Source: Deltaproteobacteria bacterium GWA2_45_12 (GTDB lineage Bacteria > UBA10199). From it: a DNA stretch of 64,000 bases. The stretch spans positions 37,179-101,178 of the forward strand of contig MGPH01000063.1 of assembly GCA_001797365.1 (NCBI GenBank). The letters run 5' to 3'. Both the position numbers and the translations under genes were made by a program. The notes below the pieces were generated by a model that worked only from the letters and a program-made list of their open reading frames with translations, had not been told where the DNA came from and did not search any database. Below, piece after piece: positions 29,450-40,034 of this stretch (the first letter of the stretch is position 1; every line of letters starts with the position of its first letter).

Positions 29450-29472
29450 GGGCGAGGTTACTTCGTCCCTAC
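29450..29472. repeat. GTAG-type REP half-element overlapping the TPR gene stop
   Basis: GGGCGAGGTTACTTCGTCCCTAC; on the minus strand it encodes VGTK*. Confidence 0.65.
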
Positions 29473-30684
29473 GGGTTTCCGGATTTGATTTATTCTTTCC
29501 TGGTATTTTTTGATTTTGCCCTTTTGTCCCACCTTTTCAAAAACACGGATCATGTCTTCAAGCAAATCGGCCACATAATAATGATTTTTTCCCAAAGTTT
29601 TTTCCAACATGCGCAAGGATTGTTCCTGCAAGTCAATGGCTTCTGAAAAACGGGCCTGGGCCGCCAGAATAAGCGCCTGGTTATTCATGGTATTGGCAAT
29701 GGTGGGATGGCTTTCACCAAATTGCTGGCGTAAAATCTGGAGCGCCTGGGCCGTCATGATGGTGGCTTCATCCAGCCTTCCCTGAAAACGATAAATTTTA
29801 CCCAGATTATTCAAGCTAACGGCACGATCAGGACTTTCCGCTCCTTCGGCAATTTCCAAACTATCAAGAACCTCTTTGTGAAGATTGATGGCCTCGTCAT
29901 ACCGAAGCATGTCTGTGTACAAAAGGGCCAAAGAATTTTTGGCAGCCGCTACGTTGGAATCATCCGGGCCACCCAGCTTCCTCCAGATTTCAATCACACG
30001 TTTATAAAAATCCTCTGCAAGGATGTATTTTTTTCCAATGCGGTAGAGCCCGGCCAGGTTATTCAAACAAACAGCGATATCGGGATGAACCATTCCAAAA
30101 TTATTTTCCAAAATCTTGAGGGACTGCATGTAATAATTTTCGGCTTCTTCAAACTTGTTCTGAAAACGAAACACTCCCGCCAGATGATTAAGTGAAATGG
30201 CTACTTCAAGATGGTCGGGGCCCAGCGCTTGTTTGCGTATTTCAAGGGCCTGGTTGTGCATGGCGAAAGCCTGTTCATACTTGTCCTGGCTCATGTAAAC
30301 TTCACCCAAATTGGTGTAGGTAGCCGCCAGGGCCACATGACCCGCCCCCATCTTCTTTGTCACAATATCAATAATGCTTTTATAAAGAGCTTCCGCTTCG
30401 GCATAACGTCCGTTTACCTTGCTAAACAAGGCCAGCTTGTCACTGGCAACAGCAACATTAAGATGGTCGGGGCCGAATATTTTTTTGGCCAGCGCCAAAG
30501 ACTCACCGGCCTTGATCTGGGCCTGGCTTATTTTTCCTTCCCGATACAAATCATCCACGCTCCGATTGACTGTTTCCCAGGCTTTCGCATCCAGACTGGG
30601 AGCCGGCGTTTGCGCCAAGCCTTCCGCTGCCAAAACAAGCCAGAGCATGAATAGATAACTTGTTGTCTTGAAAAGACTTTTCAT
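29458..30684 (-). CDS. Secreted tetratricopeptide-repeat protein (42-aa kinesin-light-chain-type TPRs)
   Basis: Signal peptide; repeated HxxVAxSLNNLAxxY...AExxYxxALxI units. Confidence 0.9.
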   Translation of the reverse strand: MKSLFKTTSYLFMLWLVLAAEGLAQTPAPSLDAKAWETVNRSVDDLYREGKISQAQIKAGESLALAKKIFGPDHLNVAVASDKLALFSKVNGRYAEAEALYKSIIDIVTKKMGAGHVALAATYTNLGEVYMSQDKYEQAFAMHNQALEIRKQALGPDHLEVAISLNHLAGVFRFQNKFEEAENYYMQSLKILENNFGMVHPDIAVCLNNLAGLYRIGKKYILAEDFYKRVIEIWRKLGGPDDSNVAAAKNSLALLYTDMLRYDEAINLHKEVLDSLEIAEGAESPDRAVSLNNLGKIYRFQGRLDEATIMTAQALQILRQQFGESHPTIANTMNNQALILAAQARFSEAIDLQEQSLRMLEKTLGKNHYYVADLLEDMIRVFEKVGQKGKIKKYQERINQIRKPVGTK

Positions 30685-30777
30685 AGTGGTTTCTTTATCA
30701 TGAAAATGATGAATGTAAATAAAAATACCCTTGCGGGGTCTACTGTACCGGGTTTATCCTTGAATCAACAATGAACT

Positions 30778-31104
30778 ATGACACGAAAAATCCAAAATCA
30801 AAACTCTCTAGATGGCCAATTGAGTACGGCCGAAAAAACAGAAACAAAATCCCCTTCCATGTATCGGGTTGTGCTTATCAATGATGATTACACCCCCATG
30901 GATTTTGTCGTGTGGCTGATACAGACCGTGTTTTTTAAACCTGAAGAAGAAGCAACCTTGCTCATGCTTGATGTTCACCAGAAAGGTCGTGGCATTTGTG
31001 GAATATACCCTTATGATGTTGCCCGTACAAAAGTAATGCAGGTTAAAGAACTGACTCAAAAACACGAACATCCGCTTGAATGCATTATGGAGGTGGAAAC
31101 ATGA
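30778..31104 (+). CDS. clpS: ATP-dependent Clp protease adaptor
   Basis: PSMYRVVLINDDYTPMDFVV, HQKGRGICG, HEHPLEC. Confidence 0.97.
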   Translation: MTRKIQNQNSLDGQLSTAEKTETKSPSMYRVVLINDDYTPMDFVVWLIQTVFFKPEEEATLLMLDVHQKGRGICGIYPYDVARTKVMQVKELTQKHEHPLECIMEVET

Positions 31105-33350
31105 TTATCGCCGAAGAACTCGAAAAAACACTTCAACGTGCCTACAATGAAGCCAAGGCCCGCAAACACGAATTTATTGCCCTGGAACATTTGCTGTATG
31201 CGCTTACCTATGACCCCCTTACCTCTGACATTTTGATCCACTGTGGGGGAAACATCCAAAACCTGCGCGAAAAACTGGAAGAATTTTTCAAGACAAAAAT
31301 GCAGGGCGTTCCCACAGAAATTGCTCCCCGCTACAGTGTGGGGGTTCAAATGGTGTTGCAAACAGCCGCCATCCACGCCCAAAGTTCCTCCACTGAAAAA
31401 ATTGATGGGGGGTGTGTCCTGGCGGCCCTTTTTCGGGAAAAAGAATCCCATGCCGTTTATTTTTTGGGCGAACAGAATATTTCCAGACTGGATGTGCTCC
31501 GTTATATTTCTCACAAGATTTCCAAAATTCAGCTGGCTCCCAGCCATCATGGCCTCCCCGCCAAAACGGATGAAAAAACGGATTCAACCTCATTTCCTTA
31601 CTGCACCAACTTGAATGAAAAAGCCAAAAAAGGACAGATCGATCCTCTCATCGGCCGTACCAAAGAAACCGAACGCATGATTCATGTATTGTTGCGACGG
31701 CGTAAAAACAATCCCATTTTGGTCGGGGATGCGGGCGTGGGAAAAACGGCCATTGCAGAAGGATTGGCTCTTAAAATAGTAAAAAAAGAAATCCCTGCCA
31801 TCCTTGAGTCAGCAGTTATTTATCATCTCGATTTGGCGGGGTTGCTCGCCGGCACAAAATTTAGGGGAGAATTTGAAGAACGCTTAAAACAGGTGTTAGA
31901 CCTTTTTAGTGAAAACAAAAATGCCATTTTGTTTGTAGATGAAATCCATACCGTCATTGGGGCGGGCGCTGTTTCCGGGGGTTCCCTGGATGCTTCCAAT
32001 TTGCTTAAACCCGTTTTGGCCAGCGGTAATCTTAGGTGCATTGGCACGACAACCTACAAGGACTACCGTACCACTTTTGAAAAAGATCATGCCTTCTCGC
32101 GGCGGTTTCAAAAAATTGAAATCAACGAGGCCACTGTGGAAGATACCATTCAAATCCTTGACGGCCTGAAAAGTCATTATGAAAATTTCCACGGGGTCAC
32201 CTACCAACCCGAAGCCCTGAAGGCCGCTTGCGAGCTTTCAGCCCAATTTATTCACGACCGCTTCCTGCCTGACAAAGCCATTGACGTCATTGATGAAGTG
32301 GGGGCCGAACAAAAACTGAAAAACCAGACTCCCACACGGCCCATCATTACCGCCGAACAGATTGAAACCATGGTCTCGCGCATGGCCAAGGTTCCCACAC
32401 AAACAGTCAAGACCGATGACCGTGACAAACTTAAAAACCTAAAAACCGAACTGCGCAAAGTCATTTACGGCCAAGAAACGGCCATCACCCAGATTGTCGC
32501 CTCCATCCAGTTAGCCAAGGCAGGTCTTGGCGACCCCCTCCGCCCTCTGGGGAGCTTTCTCTTTTCCGGCCCCACAGGGGTGGGGAAAACCGAGTTGGCC
32601 AAACAATTGGCCAAACACATGGGCATTGAATTTGTTCGCTTCGACATGAGCGAATACATGGAAAAACATTCGGTGGCTCGGTTAATCGGGGCCCCTCCCG
32701 GTTATGTCGGTTATGATGAAGGGGGACTTCTTACCGAAGCCATTCATAAAAACCCCCATGCCGTTCTTTTGTTAGATGAAATTGAAAAAGCCCATCCGGA
32801 CCTCATGAATATACTTTTACAGATCATGGATTATGGCGTTCTCACCGACAACAACGGCCGCAAATCAAATTTTCATCAGGTTATTTTAATCATGACCACC
32901 AACACCGGCGCCCGCGAAAGCATGGTCAAAACCATCGGCTTTGGGGCCAAGGAATTTGAAGACAAAAGTGCCAAGGAAATTGAAAAAACATTCAACCCCG
33001 AATTTCGTAATCGTCTGACAAGCATTGTATCCTTTAATGCCCTTACCCCCACGATTGCCCTACAAATTGTCGAAAAAGCCCTTTTTGAATTGCAGGAAAA
33101 ATTGACGGTTAAAAAAATAAACCTGCAGTTGGATGCCGCCTCTAAAAAATATTTGGCTGAAAAAGGTTTTGATACCAAATTTGGAGCCCGACCCGTCAAA
33201 CGCCTCATTGAAAATGAAATTGCCAAACCCCTTTCGGAAGAAATTCTTTTTGGAAAATTAAATGAAGGGGGGAAAGTAAAGATAACGTTTAGTAAAGGGA
33301 AATTAACATTTAAAATAAACGTAACCGATCAGCGTAAGGGCAATTCATGA
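31101..33350 (+). CDS. clpA: ATP-dependent Clp protease ATP-binding subunit ClpA
   Basis: Start ATG 31101; two AAA+ modules ([16 protein letters not shown]), no ClpB middle domain, coupled to clpS. Confidence 0.96.
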   Translation: MIIAEELEKTLQRAYNEAKARKHEFIALEHLLYALTYDPLTSDILIHCGGNIQNLREKLEEFFKTKMQGVPTEIAPRYSVGVQMVLQTAAIHAQSSSTEKIDGGCVLAALFREKESHAVYFLGEQNISRLDVLRYISHKISKIQLAPSHHGLPAKTDEKTDSTSFPYCTNLNEKAKKGQIDPLIGRTKETERMIHVLLRRRKNNPILVGDAGVGKTAIAEGLALKIVKKEIPAILESAVIYHLDLAGLLAGTKFRGEFEERLKQVLDLFSENKNAILFVDEIHTVIGAGAVSGGSLDASNLLKPVLASGNLRCIGTTTYKDYRTTFEKDHAFSRRFQKIEINEATVEDTIQILDGLKSHYENFHGVTYQPEALKAACELSAQFIHDRFLPDKAIDVIDEVGAEQKLKNQTPTRPIITAEQIETMVSRMAKVPTQTVKTDDRDKLKNLKTELRKVIYGQETAITQIVASIQLAKAGLGDPLRPLGSFLFSGPTGVGKTELAKQLAKHMGIEFVRFDMSEYMEKHSVARLIGAPPGYVGYDEGGLLTEAIHKNPHAVLLLDEIEKAHPDLMNILLQIMDYGVLTDNNGRKSNFHQVILIMTTNTGARESMVKTIGFGAKEFEDKSAKEIEKTFNPEFRNRLTSIVSFNALTPTIALQIVEKALFELQEKLTVKKINLQLDAASKKYLAEKGFDTKFGARPVKRLIENEIAKPLSEEILFGKLNEGGKVKITFSKGKLTFKINVTDQRKGNS

Positions 33351-33361
33351 ATTGCCCTTAC
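33334..33361. repeat. Perfect 28-bp REP-like palindrome overlapping the clpA stop
   Basis: GTAAGGGCAATTCA|TGAATTGCCCTTAC. Confidence 0.85.
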
Positions 33362-33402
33362 AATTCTCTTGGGGACAGTTATGACCCGTCCCTATCAAAA
33401 TC

Positions 33403-33801
33403 ATGTCCAAACTTTTAATTCTTCTTATTTTTTCTACTTTCTTTTTTGCCTCCTGCGCCACCAAAAAACCCCCGGAACAACCATTACCCACCGGCTTAAC
33501 CCGAACCGGTGAAATTTTTTACGGCCGCGCCTCGTGGTATGGGGGCAAATTCCATAACCGGAAAACAGCCAATGGTGAAAAATTTGACAAAAAAGACCTC
33601 ACCACCGCCCATCGCACACTCCCTTTTGGAACCCTTCTTGAAGTCACCAACCTTGCTAATGAAAAGAGTGTTGTTGTGCGTGTAAACGACCGAGGCCCTT
33701 TCATTAAAAAAAGAATTTTGGATTTATCCCACCGGGCGGCGGAACTGCTGGATTTCATCAAGCAAGGTTGGACAGAAGTAAAAGCAGAAATTGTCCAGTA
33801 G
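33403..33801 (+). CDS. rlpA: Septal ring lytic transglycosylase RlpA family lipoprotein
   Basis: Lipobox FASC; GRASWYG, TAHRTLPFGT, VNDRGPF, ILDLS. Confidence 0.93.
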   Translation: MSKLLILLIFSTFFFASCATKKPPEQPLPTGLTRTGEIFYGRASWYGGKFHNRKTANGEKFDKKDLTTAHRTLPFGTLLEVTNLANEKSVVVRVNDRGPFIKKRILDLSHRAAELLDFIKQGWTEVKAEIVQ

Positions 33802-33935
33802 GGGCGCCCCATGGCGCGCCCCCAGCGCCGACAGAGAAGGGCGCAGCAAGCAGCGCCCGTACGTTGGATTCCGTAGGGCGATTGCCTGCCCGCCTTTGGA
33901 GGGTGTTCGCCCGTTAACGGTACAATACGCCCTAC
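33798..33935. repeat. Cluster of GTAG-type REP elements
   Basis: GTAGGGGCGCCCCATGGCGCGCCC...GGGCGCAGCAAGCAGCGCCCGTAC and GTAGGGCG...ACAATACGCCCTAC. Confidence 0.8.
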
Positions 33936-33983
33936 AATACCCTTGAAATCTGCCGGAAGACACGTTAGTAAAATCGAATTCCG

Positions 33984-35039
33984 ATGTCACAAAACAACAA
34001 TAAAAAATCCCTTACCTACAAAGATGCCGGTGTTGATATTGATGAAGGCGATGCCTTAGTTGATGATATTGTTCCTTCCATCAAAAAAACCCATCGAAAA
34101 GAAGTGATGTCCAACCTAGGGGGATATGCGGGGTTGTTTGCCCTCGACCTGAAAAAATATCCAGAACCCATCCTTGTTTCTACCACCGATGGTGTGGGCA
34201 CCAAACTAAAGCTGGCTTTTGAAATGAACAAGTTTGATACCATCGGCCAAGACTTGGTGGCCATGTGTGTCAACGACCTTATTTGCTGCGGAGCCGAGCC
34301 CCTCTTTTTTCTTGATTATTTTGCCACGGGCCATCTTTCTAAAGAAGTCGGTGCCATTGTCATTCGCGGAATTGCAGAGGCCCTCGCCCCCATCCATTGC
34401 AGCCTCACCGGGGGCGAAACCGCCGAAATGCCCGGCATGTACGCCAAAGGGGAATTTGACCTGGCCGGTTTTGCCGTGGGGGTTGTCAACAAAGACCGTG
34501 TCATTGATGGTTCTTCTATAAAAGCAGGCGATGCCCTCCTTGGGCTGACCTCAAGCGGGGTGCATAGCAATGGTTATTCGTTGGTAAGAAAAATTATTGA
34601 AACGCAAAAAGTGGAAATCACCCGCGACCTGTGTGGTTTTGACAAACCCATCGGAGAAGTTTTGCTTACCCCAACACGTATTTACGTTAATGAAGTGCTT
34701 TCCTTAATCAAACAATTTGATATCCGGGGCATTGCCCATATTACCGGGGGGGGCCTTGTTGAAAACCTGCCGCGCATTTTTTCCCAAAATACCTGTGCGG
34801 TCCTTGATAAAACCAAAATCAAAACCCCAACCATCTTCAAATGGCTTCAAGAAAAAGGAAATGTCCCCGAAGATGAAATGTGGCGTGTCTTTAACATGGG
34901 GGTGGGATTGGTGGTGGTCGCTTCCCAAAAGCAAAAAAACGACATCATAAAACATTTGGAAAAAATGAATTGCACCGCCTTTGAAATAGGCACCATGGTA
35001 GAGAAAAAAACAGGACAAAAAGAAGTCACTTTTTTGTAA
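33984..35039 (+). CDS. purM: Phosphoribosylformylglycinamidine cyclo-ligase
   Basis: TYKDAGVDI, TDGVGTKL, GGETAEMPG, SSGVHSNGYS, AHITGGG, FNMGVG. Confidence 0.98.
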   Translation: MSQNNNKKSLTYKDAGVDIDEGDALVDDIVPSIKKTHRKEVMSNLGGYAGLFALDLKKYPEPILVSTTDGVGTKLKLAFEMNKFDTIGQDLVAMCVNDLICCGAEPLFFLDYFATGHLSKEVGAIVIRGIAEALAPIHCSLTGGETAEMPGMYAKGEFDLAGFAVGVVNKDRVIDGSSIKAGDALLGLTSSGVHSNGYSLVRKIIETQKVEITRDLCGFDKPIGEVLLTPTRIYVNEVLSLIKQFDIRGIAHITGGGLVENLPRIFSQNTCAVLDKTKIKTPTIFKWLQEKGNVPEDEMWRVFNMGVGLVVVASQKQKNDIIKHLEKMNCTAFEIGTMVEKKTGQKEVTFL

Positions 35040-35047
35040 TCGACGTC

Positions 35048-35665
35048 ATGGCACCTCTCCTTAATCTTGGCATTCTTGTCTCCGGTCGCGGCTCCAATAT
35101 GGATGCTGTCATAGGTGCCTGTTTAAAAAAATCAATTGCGGCTAAAGTAGGTGTGGTCATTTCAAACAAGCCGGAAGCCCCGGCCCTTCAAAAAGCCAAA
35201 AAAGCTTCCATTTCAACTGTTTTACTAGAACACATCAAAGGAGAACCCAAAGAAGTCTACGACCAACGCCTGGTTGCCGAATTAAACAAATACGGCGTTG
35301 ATCTGGTCATTCTTGCCGGCTTCATGCGGCTGATCAGCCCCGTTCTTCTCAAGGCTTTTCCAAATCGGGTGATCAATATTCACCCTTCCCTGCTTCCCAA
35401 ATTTCCCGGGCTTCATGCCCAAAAACAGGCCCTCGATGCCAAAGTCAGCGTAAGCGGTTGTACGGTTCATTTTGTAGATGAAGGATGCGATACGGGACCC
35501 ATTATTTTGCAACAAACCGTTCCCGTGCTGCCCCATGACACTGTCCAAACACTTTCTGAAAGAATTTTGGCCGAAGAACACAAGTTATTACCAAAAGCCA
35601 TTGACCTGATGGCCACAAACAAAGTAAAATTACACCCTAATCGTCAAGTAATCATCGAATCTTAA
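35048..35665 (+). CDS. purN: Phosphoribosylglycinamide formyltransferase
   Basis: SGRGSN, LAGFMR, NIHPSLLPKFPG, HFVDEGCDTGPII. Confidence 0.98.
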   Translation: MAPLLNLGILVSGRGSNMDAVIGACLKKSIAAKVGVVISNKPEAPALQKAKKASISTVLLEHIKGEPKEVYDQRLVAELNKYGVDLVILAGFMRLISPVLLKAFPNRVINIHPSLLPKFPGLHAQKQALDAKVSVSGCTVHFVDEGCDTGPIILQQTVPVLPHDTVQTLSERILAEEHKLLPKAIDLMATNKVKLHPNRQVIIES

Positions 35666-35682
35666 AATCAAGGGGGAAAATC

Positions 35683-36258
35683 ATGAAAAAACTAGGGATG
35701 TTTTTTATCATCAGTCTTCTTTTAAGTTCTTCAAGCTATGCACGCAGCGACAAAAACAAGACCTTTGGCCTGATGGTCATGGGAAATTTTCAGCTCATCG
35801 ACACAACCCCCAACCTTGATCCGGGATATGGAGGGGGCTTGTACTTTGATTATCGTTTTAATCAGCGTTTTTCGATTACCGCCGATGCCTGGCTGGCCAC
35901 CCATGATGGAGAGGGAAGCTCTGATGGTGACAATTCCATTGAATTGTTGGGTATTCCCACTGTAACACTTAAGTATTACTTCATGAAAGATGAAGCCAGC
36001 AATTGGGACCCGTATGCCGGTATCGGTGTTGGTCTTTACGCCCTTACCGAAGGCTCTGTTGAAAATGGAACCAATGGTTTTGGTTTGGGGGCCCAAATCG
36101 ATGTGGGCTTTGATTATTATTTTAACAATTCGATATCGGCCGGTTTTGCCGGCATTTTTCATTCAGTCGGAATTGTTCACAGTTTAGGGGATGGCGGATC
36201 TGATTCTTCGGCCATCCTTCCCTTTTCTGTAGTGGGCAAAGTGGGATATCATTTTTAA
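35683..36258 (+). CDS. Outer-membrane beta-barrel protein
   Basis: Signal peptide, alternating amphipathic strands, DPYAGIGVG, C-terminal GYHF. Confidence 0.85.
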   Translation: MKKLGMFFIISLLLSSSSYARSDKNKTFGLMVMGNFQLIDTTPNLDPGYGGGLYFDYRFNQRFSITADAWLATHDGEGSSDGDNSIELLGIPTVTLKYYFMKDEASNWDPYAGIGVGLYALTEGSVENGTNGFGLGAQIDVGFDYYFNNSISAGFAGIFHSVGIVHSLGDGGSDSSAILPFSVVGKVGYHF

Positions 36259-36262
36259 ATGG

Positions 36263-36306
36263 CCCCCGAGCAGAGTCGAGGGGACCATCCCTTCGACTTC
36301 GCTTTA
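36263..36306. repeat. REP-like element related to the 6901 element
   Basis: CCCCCGAGCAGAGTCGAGGGG...CCCTTCGACTTCGCT. Confidence 0.7.
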
Positions 36307-36353
36307 GGAGCCAAAATTAAGGGCTCTAACTTAAGCAACACCTCTACTTCTTT

Positions 36354-37853
36354 ATGCTCGAACGTTACTGCGACGCACTCATTATTGGTACCGAACTGTC
36401 AGGGCTTATTACAGCCTCTTTTTTGGCCCGACGTGGGCTTACAGTGCACGTTCTAGACCTAAACCCCTATTCCCAATCACAGCATAAGCCCGACCCATTT
36501 TGTGTGGGGCATCTCCATTCAAAGCTTCTGCGTTCCATCATGGGCCGGCTTAATATTCCTGAAAATGACATCCAGCAAGTTTCACACAGCGAGTTTCCCC
36601 TTCAGATTATTTTTCCCAACAAACGCATTGATATTTCGGCCAACCCCATCACCTTTTACGAAGAATTAGAACGTGAATTCCCCAGCTTGCATGAACAAAT
36701 GAAAGTATTTTACGAAACACTGGCGCAAATCAAACATCAGGTTGAAACCAGCCAACTCTATTCCCTTATCTTACCCACAAGCTTCATGGAGCGCCGTCAC
36801 TTCATGAAGTTTGTCAAAAACAAAAAACTAGATCAGCGTTTAAATGAGCTTAATCTACCCATTGATACACAAGCTGAACTTAAAAGTTTTATCACGGCCC
36901 AGCTCAAATTGCTTACCTATGCCCATGTAGACATTCCCTTTGCCTTCCAGATTGCCGAACTGCTCAATCCGGGGGAAGGTGAAATTTTATCCGTCAAAGG
37001 TGGGCATGACTCACTCAAACACCTCTTTTTGGAACGCATTGCGCACCATGAAGGAGCCCTGCGCACTGAATCTGCCATTGAAAAACTATTGTTTAAAAAT
37101 GGAGTCATTGAAGGGGTTGAACTGGCAAGCCAGGAAGGAACCATACTCTCTCGTTATGTCATCTGGAATACCGACCTGAAAAAATTGGGAAACTATTTGC
37201 CCAATACTTTTCGATACAGAAGTTTGCGCAAATCCATCCAGAAAATTTCTCCATCGGCGCTGTGGTTTAGTTGTTCGTTTGAGGTCCCGTCAAAATTCAT
37301 TCCCCAACCCATGGGGGACAACATCATCTTCATTTCGAAACCGGACGAAGCCCTGGAAGGAACCAATTTTCTCTACATCCAAATAAAAAAGAGACAGGAG
37401 CAAAAGACAGAAATTTCAGTGAGCTATCTGCTTCCATGCCAGTGGCTAGAGAAAAGCCCCGGTGAGTTTGCGCCCCTTTACGAAAAAATAAAGAATTCCC
37501 TTCATTTTCTCATGCCCTTTTCCGAAAACGACTTAAAGCTTACCTTCCCCTTGGAAAAACGCCCTGAAGAAAGTGAAACCCTTTTCCCTTTGGGCGACAA
37601 TGATTTTGAAATACTCAAACAGTCCGCCCAAAATCACCCTGTGTACTCACTCAAACCCTCTTCTTTCAAAGATCTCTTCCCCCTGACTTACAAAACACCC
37701 ACACCCAATTTTTTCCTGACTTCGCCAGAAATTTTGGGAAGCATGGGTTATGAGGGTCGTTTTATGCTGGGTTTAAAAGTAACCGATATTATCTGGCAGG
37801 ACGTCGAAAAAGAAAAACGCCGCGCCATGAAGTTGGAAAAGAGGATTGCGTAG
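36354..37853 (+). CDS. Phytoene-dehydrogenase-like FAD/NAD(P)-binding fold protein with degenerate dinucleotide motif
   Basis: N-terminal DALIIGTELSGLITASFLARRGLTVHVLD; central VEKLLFKNGVIEGVEL. Confidence 0.65.
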   Translation: MLERYCDALIIGTELSGLITASFLARRGLTVHVLDLNPYSQSQHKPDPFCVGHLHSKLLRSIMGRLNIPENDIQQVSHSEFPLQIIFPNKRIDISANPITFYEELEREFPSLHEQMKVFYETLAQIKHQVETSQLYSLILPTSFMERRHFMKFVKNKKLDQRLNELNLPIDTQAELKSFITAQLKLLTYAHVDIPFAFQIAELLNPGEGEILSVKGGHDSLKHLFLERIAHHEGALRTESAIEKLLFKNGVIEGVELASQEGTILSRYVIWNTDLKKLGNYLPNTFRYRSLRKSIQKISPSALWFSCSFEVPSKFIPQPMGDNIIFISKPDEALEGTNFLYIQIKKRQEQKTEISVSYLLPCQWLEKSPGEFAPLYEKIKNSLHFLMPFSENDLKLTFPLEKRPEESETLFPLGDNDFEILKQSAQNHPVYSLKPSSFKDLFPLTYKTPTPNFFLTSPEILGSMGYEGRFMLGLKVTDIIWQDVEKEKRRAMKLEKRIA

Positions 37854-37877
37854 AGGCCTGATCGCCCTCATCCAAAA

Positions 37878-39917
37878 TCATCTTCCAAAAAAGATAGAAA
37901 CCTTGTTGGGAAATTGTCGCGAATTCGTCGTTGCTGTAAGTGAGATCATCAGATCTGGCTTTCCATCTCCATTGACATCTCCAGAGCTTTGAATGGCAAA
38001 GGCCCGATAAGCGTCTACATTCTCATCAGTAAATGTGGCATGGCTAAGGCTACCCGCTTGGTCTCCCAAAATGACAGAATTTCCACGGTTAAACTCCGTA
38101 ACGGATCCCAAAATAAAATAGGTACGGCCAGCCCTTAAATCATTGGCATTTAACATTCTACGTGATGTGACTGAAAAATCATTCAGACCATCATTATTAA
38201 CATCCCCACTCGAGGCAATAAAAGCCCCGGCTTCCACAAAACCAGCTTCCCCAACAAGGGATAGATTCGCATTCACTAAATTTATTTCTCCATTAAAATC
38301 ATTACGTCCAAGAAAAACATAGATTTTTCCTCGACGTGTTGGGGGCACGCCCGGTGGATCATAATTTAACGAAGAAATAGCCATATCTCCCAAACCATCT
38401 CCATTCACATCTCCCACGGAAGCAAGTGCCGCACCGGCAAACGACCCTCCCTGTTCCGCAATAAAACTTGCGGAAGACTCTTGGTTAACGTCAGGAATGG
38501 AATGCATGGCTCCACCTAGAAAAAGATAAATCTTTCCTACAGGGCCTTCATTGTTACCTGCAATACGGTAACTGGGAGCTGAAATCCACAAATCACTCAT
38601 GCCATCCCCGTTGACATCGGGGCTAGCCACTATTCTCCTGCCGAAACCAGTTTGCCCTTGGGGCATGCTCAATCGAATCACATCGGCATCATTTAAATTT
38701 TGAGCTCCACTTCTTACCTGTTCATTGACACATCCTGAACCGTGACCATAGGCAACAAAAACATCGCTTCGTTCAACGGTTCCCCCTGAAAGTACCACAT
38801 CACTGCATCCATCATGATTCAAATCATTCCCCCCAATGAACTGGTCCCTGTTCACCAAAGGAACTCTCTGAGCATCTCCTGCGTCGCTACCTAAAAAATA
38901 TCCTACAGGTTGGGGAGATAAAAAATTCATTCCAGCAATAATCCCACCCACATTCTCAAGATCGATCTCTCCTTGAAGGGGAACCCCGGAACAAGCAGGC
39001 CCCTGTCCGTAAACAACATAGACCTTTCCACGTGAAGCTCCCTGACCTTGGCCTGCAATACCAGGGGCGGTCACAACCAAATCACTGCATCCATCACGAT
39101 TCACATCCCCTGTATTTCCAAAAGATTCTCCTGCCCGAGAACCGCCAACAGGGCCGTTAAAAACAACATCGGCTTGGGCAGGCAATACAGGAGCTGGCCA
39201 TTCGGGCTTGCCATAAAAAACATATAATTTCCCGGTGGCTCTATTAGCCATGGCCGATCCCACCGCAAAATCGCTTCGGCCATCGCCGTTAAAATCGCCA
39301 ATGGAAGCAGCCACGATACTCTCCCCCCCAAAATCAATGGTCAAGGAAGCGGCATTCATTCTGATCCCCTCATCGGCACTGCCATTGCAGTTGTTATCTT
39401 CACCATCCAACACTTCAGGATTCCCCGGCAGTGTTGCCGCATTCAAATCCCCGCAATCATCGCTTAAGCCACCGTTCGGGCATTGCTCAGGCAGAACGCC
39501 CATAGCACAGTGGCCATCGCCATCGGCATCCGGGTCGCACAAATCACCCAGGCCATCGTTGTCCAAATTCCTTTGGGCTTCATTGGCGGTGAGGGGACAA
39601 TTATCGCGGCTGTCGCCGAACCCATCCGCATCGCTATCACGGAAATCAGCGGCATCCTGCGGGAATAAATCGGACAAATCAGGGGAACCATCATTGTCAT
39701 CATCCTCATCACAAAGATCCCCCAACCCATCCCCATCCAAATCCGCCTGATTATCGTTAGCGGCCAAAGGGCAATTGTCAGCAACATTTAGCACCAAATC
39801 GCCATCGGCATCCCCATTGGGATCATCAATGGGACCCTTAAGCTTATTGAGATGTTCCGCATCGGTTTGACAAGAAACGAAAAAAAGAAAGGCCAAAAAA
39901 CATAAAAAAATTTTCAT
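37878..39917 (-). CDS. Lipoprotein with TSP3 repeats, MopE-like metal-binding motif and FG-GAP beta-propeller
   Basis: Lipobox FVSC; DNCPLAANDNQADLDGDGLGDLCD; DCGDLNAATLPGNPEVLDGEDNNCNGSADEG; many GDVNGDGxxD repeats. Confidence 0.85.
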   Translation of the reverse strand: MKIFLCFLAFLFFVSCQTDAEHLNKLKGPIDDPNGDADGDLVLNVADNCPLAANDNQADLDGDGLGDLCDEDDDNDGSPDLSDLFPQDAADFRDSDADGFGDSRDNCPLTANEAQRNLDNDGLGDLCDPDADGDGHCAMGVLPEQCPNGGLSDDCGDLNAATLPGNPEVLDGEDNNCNGSADEGIRMNAASLTIDFGGESIVAASIGDFNGDGRSDFAVGSAMANRATGKLYVFYGKPEWPAPVLPAQADVVFNGPVGGSRAGESFGNTGDVNRDGCSDLVVTAPGIAGQGQGASRGKVYVVYGQGPACSGVPLQGEIDLENVGGIIAGMNFLSPQPVGYFLGSDAGDAQRVPLVNRDQFIGGNDLNHDGCSDVVLSGGTVERSDVFVAYGHGSGCVNEQVRSGAQNLNDADVIRLSMPQGQTGFGRRIVASPDVNGDGMSDLWISAPSYRIAGNNEGPVGKIYLFLGGAMHSIPDVNQESSASFIAEQGGSFAGAALASVGDVNGDGLGDMAISSLNYDPPGVPPTRRGKIYVFLGRNDFNGEINLVNANLSLVGEAGFVEAGAFIASSGDVNNDGLNDFSVTSRRMLNANDLRAGRTYFILGSVTEFNRGNSVILGDQAGSLSHATFTDENVDAYRAFAIQSSGDVNGDGKPDLMISLTATTNSRQFPNKVSIFFGR

Positions 39918-40034
39918 AGGATTTTCCTCATACCTGCCGGTTTTTATTGTAACAGAGCGCCCTTGGCCAACACAACAGGGGTTTTTAAAGAATTAAACGG
40001 TGCGTTAGGATTTGGGTTTTCGCCAGATTCAAAT

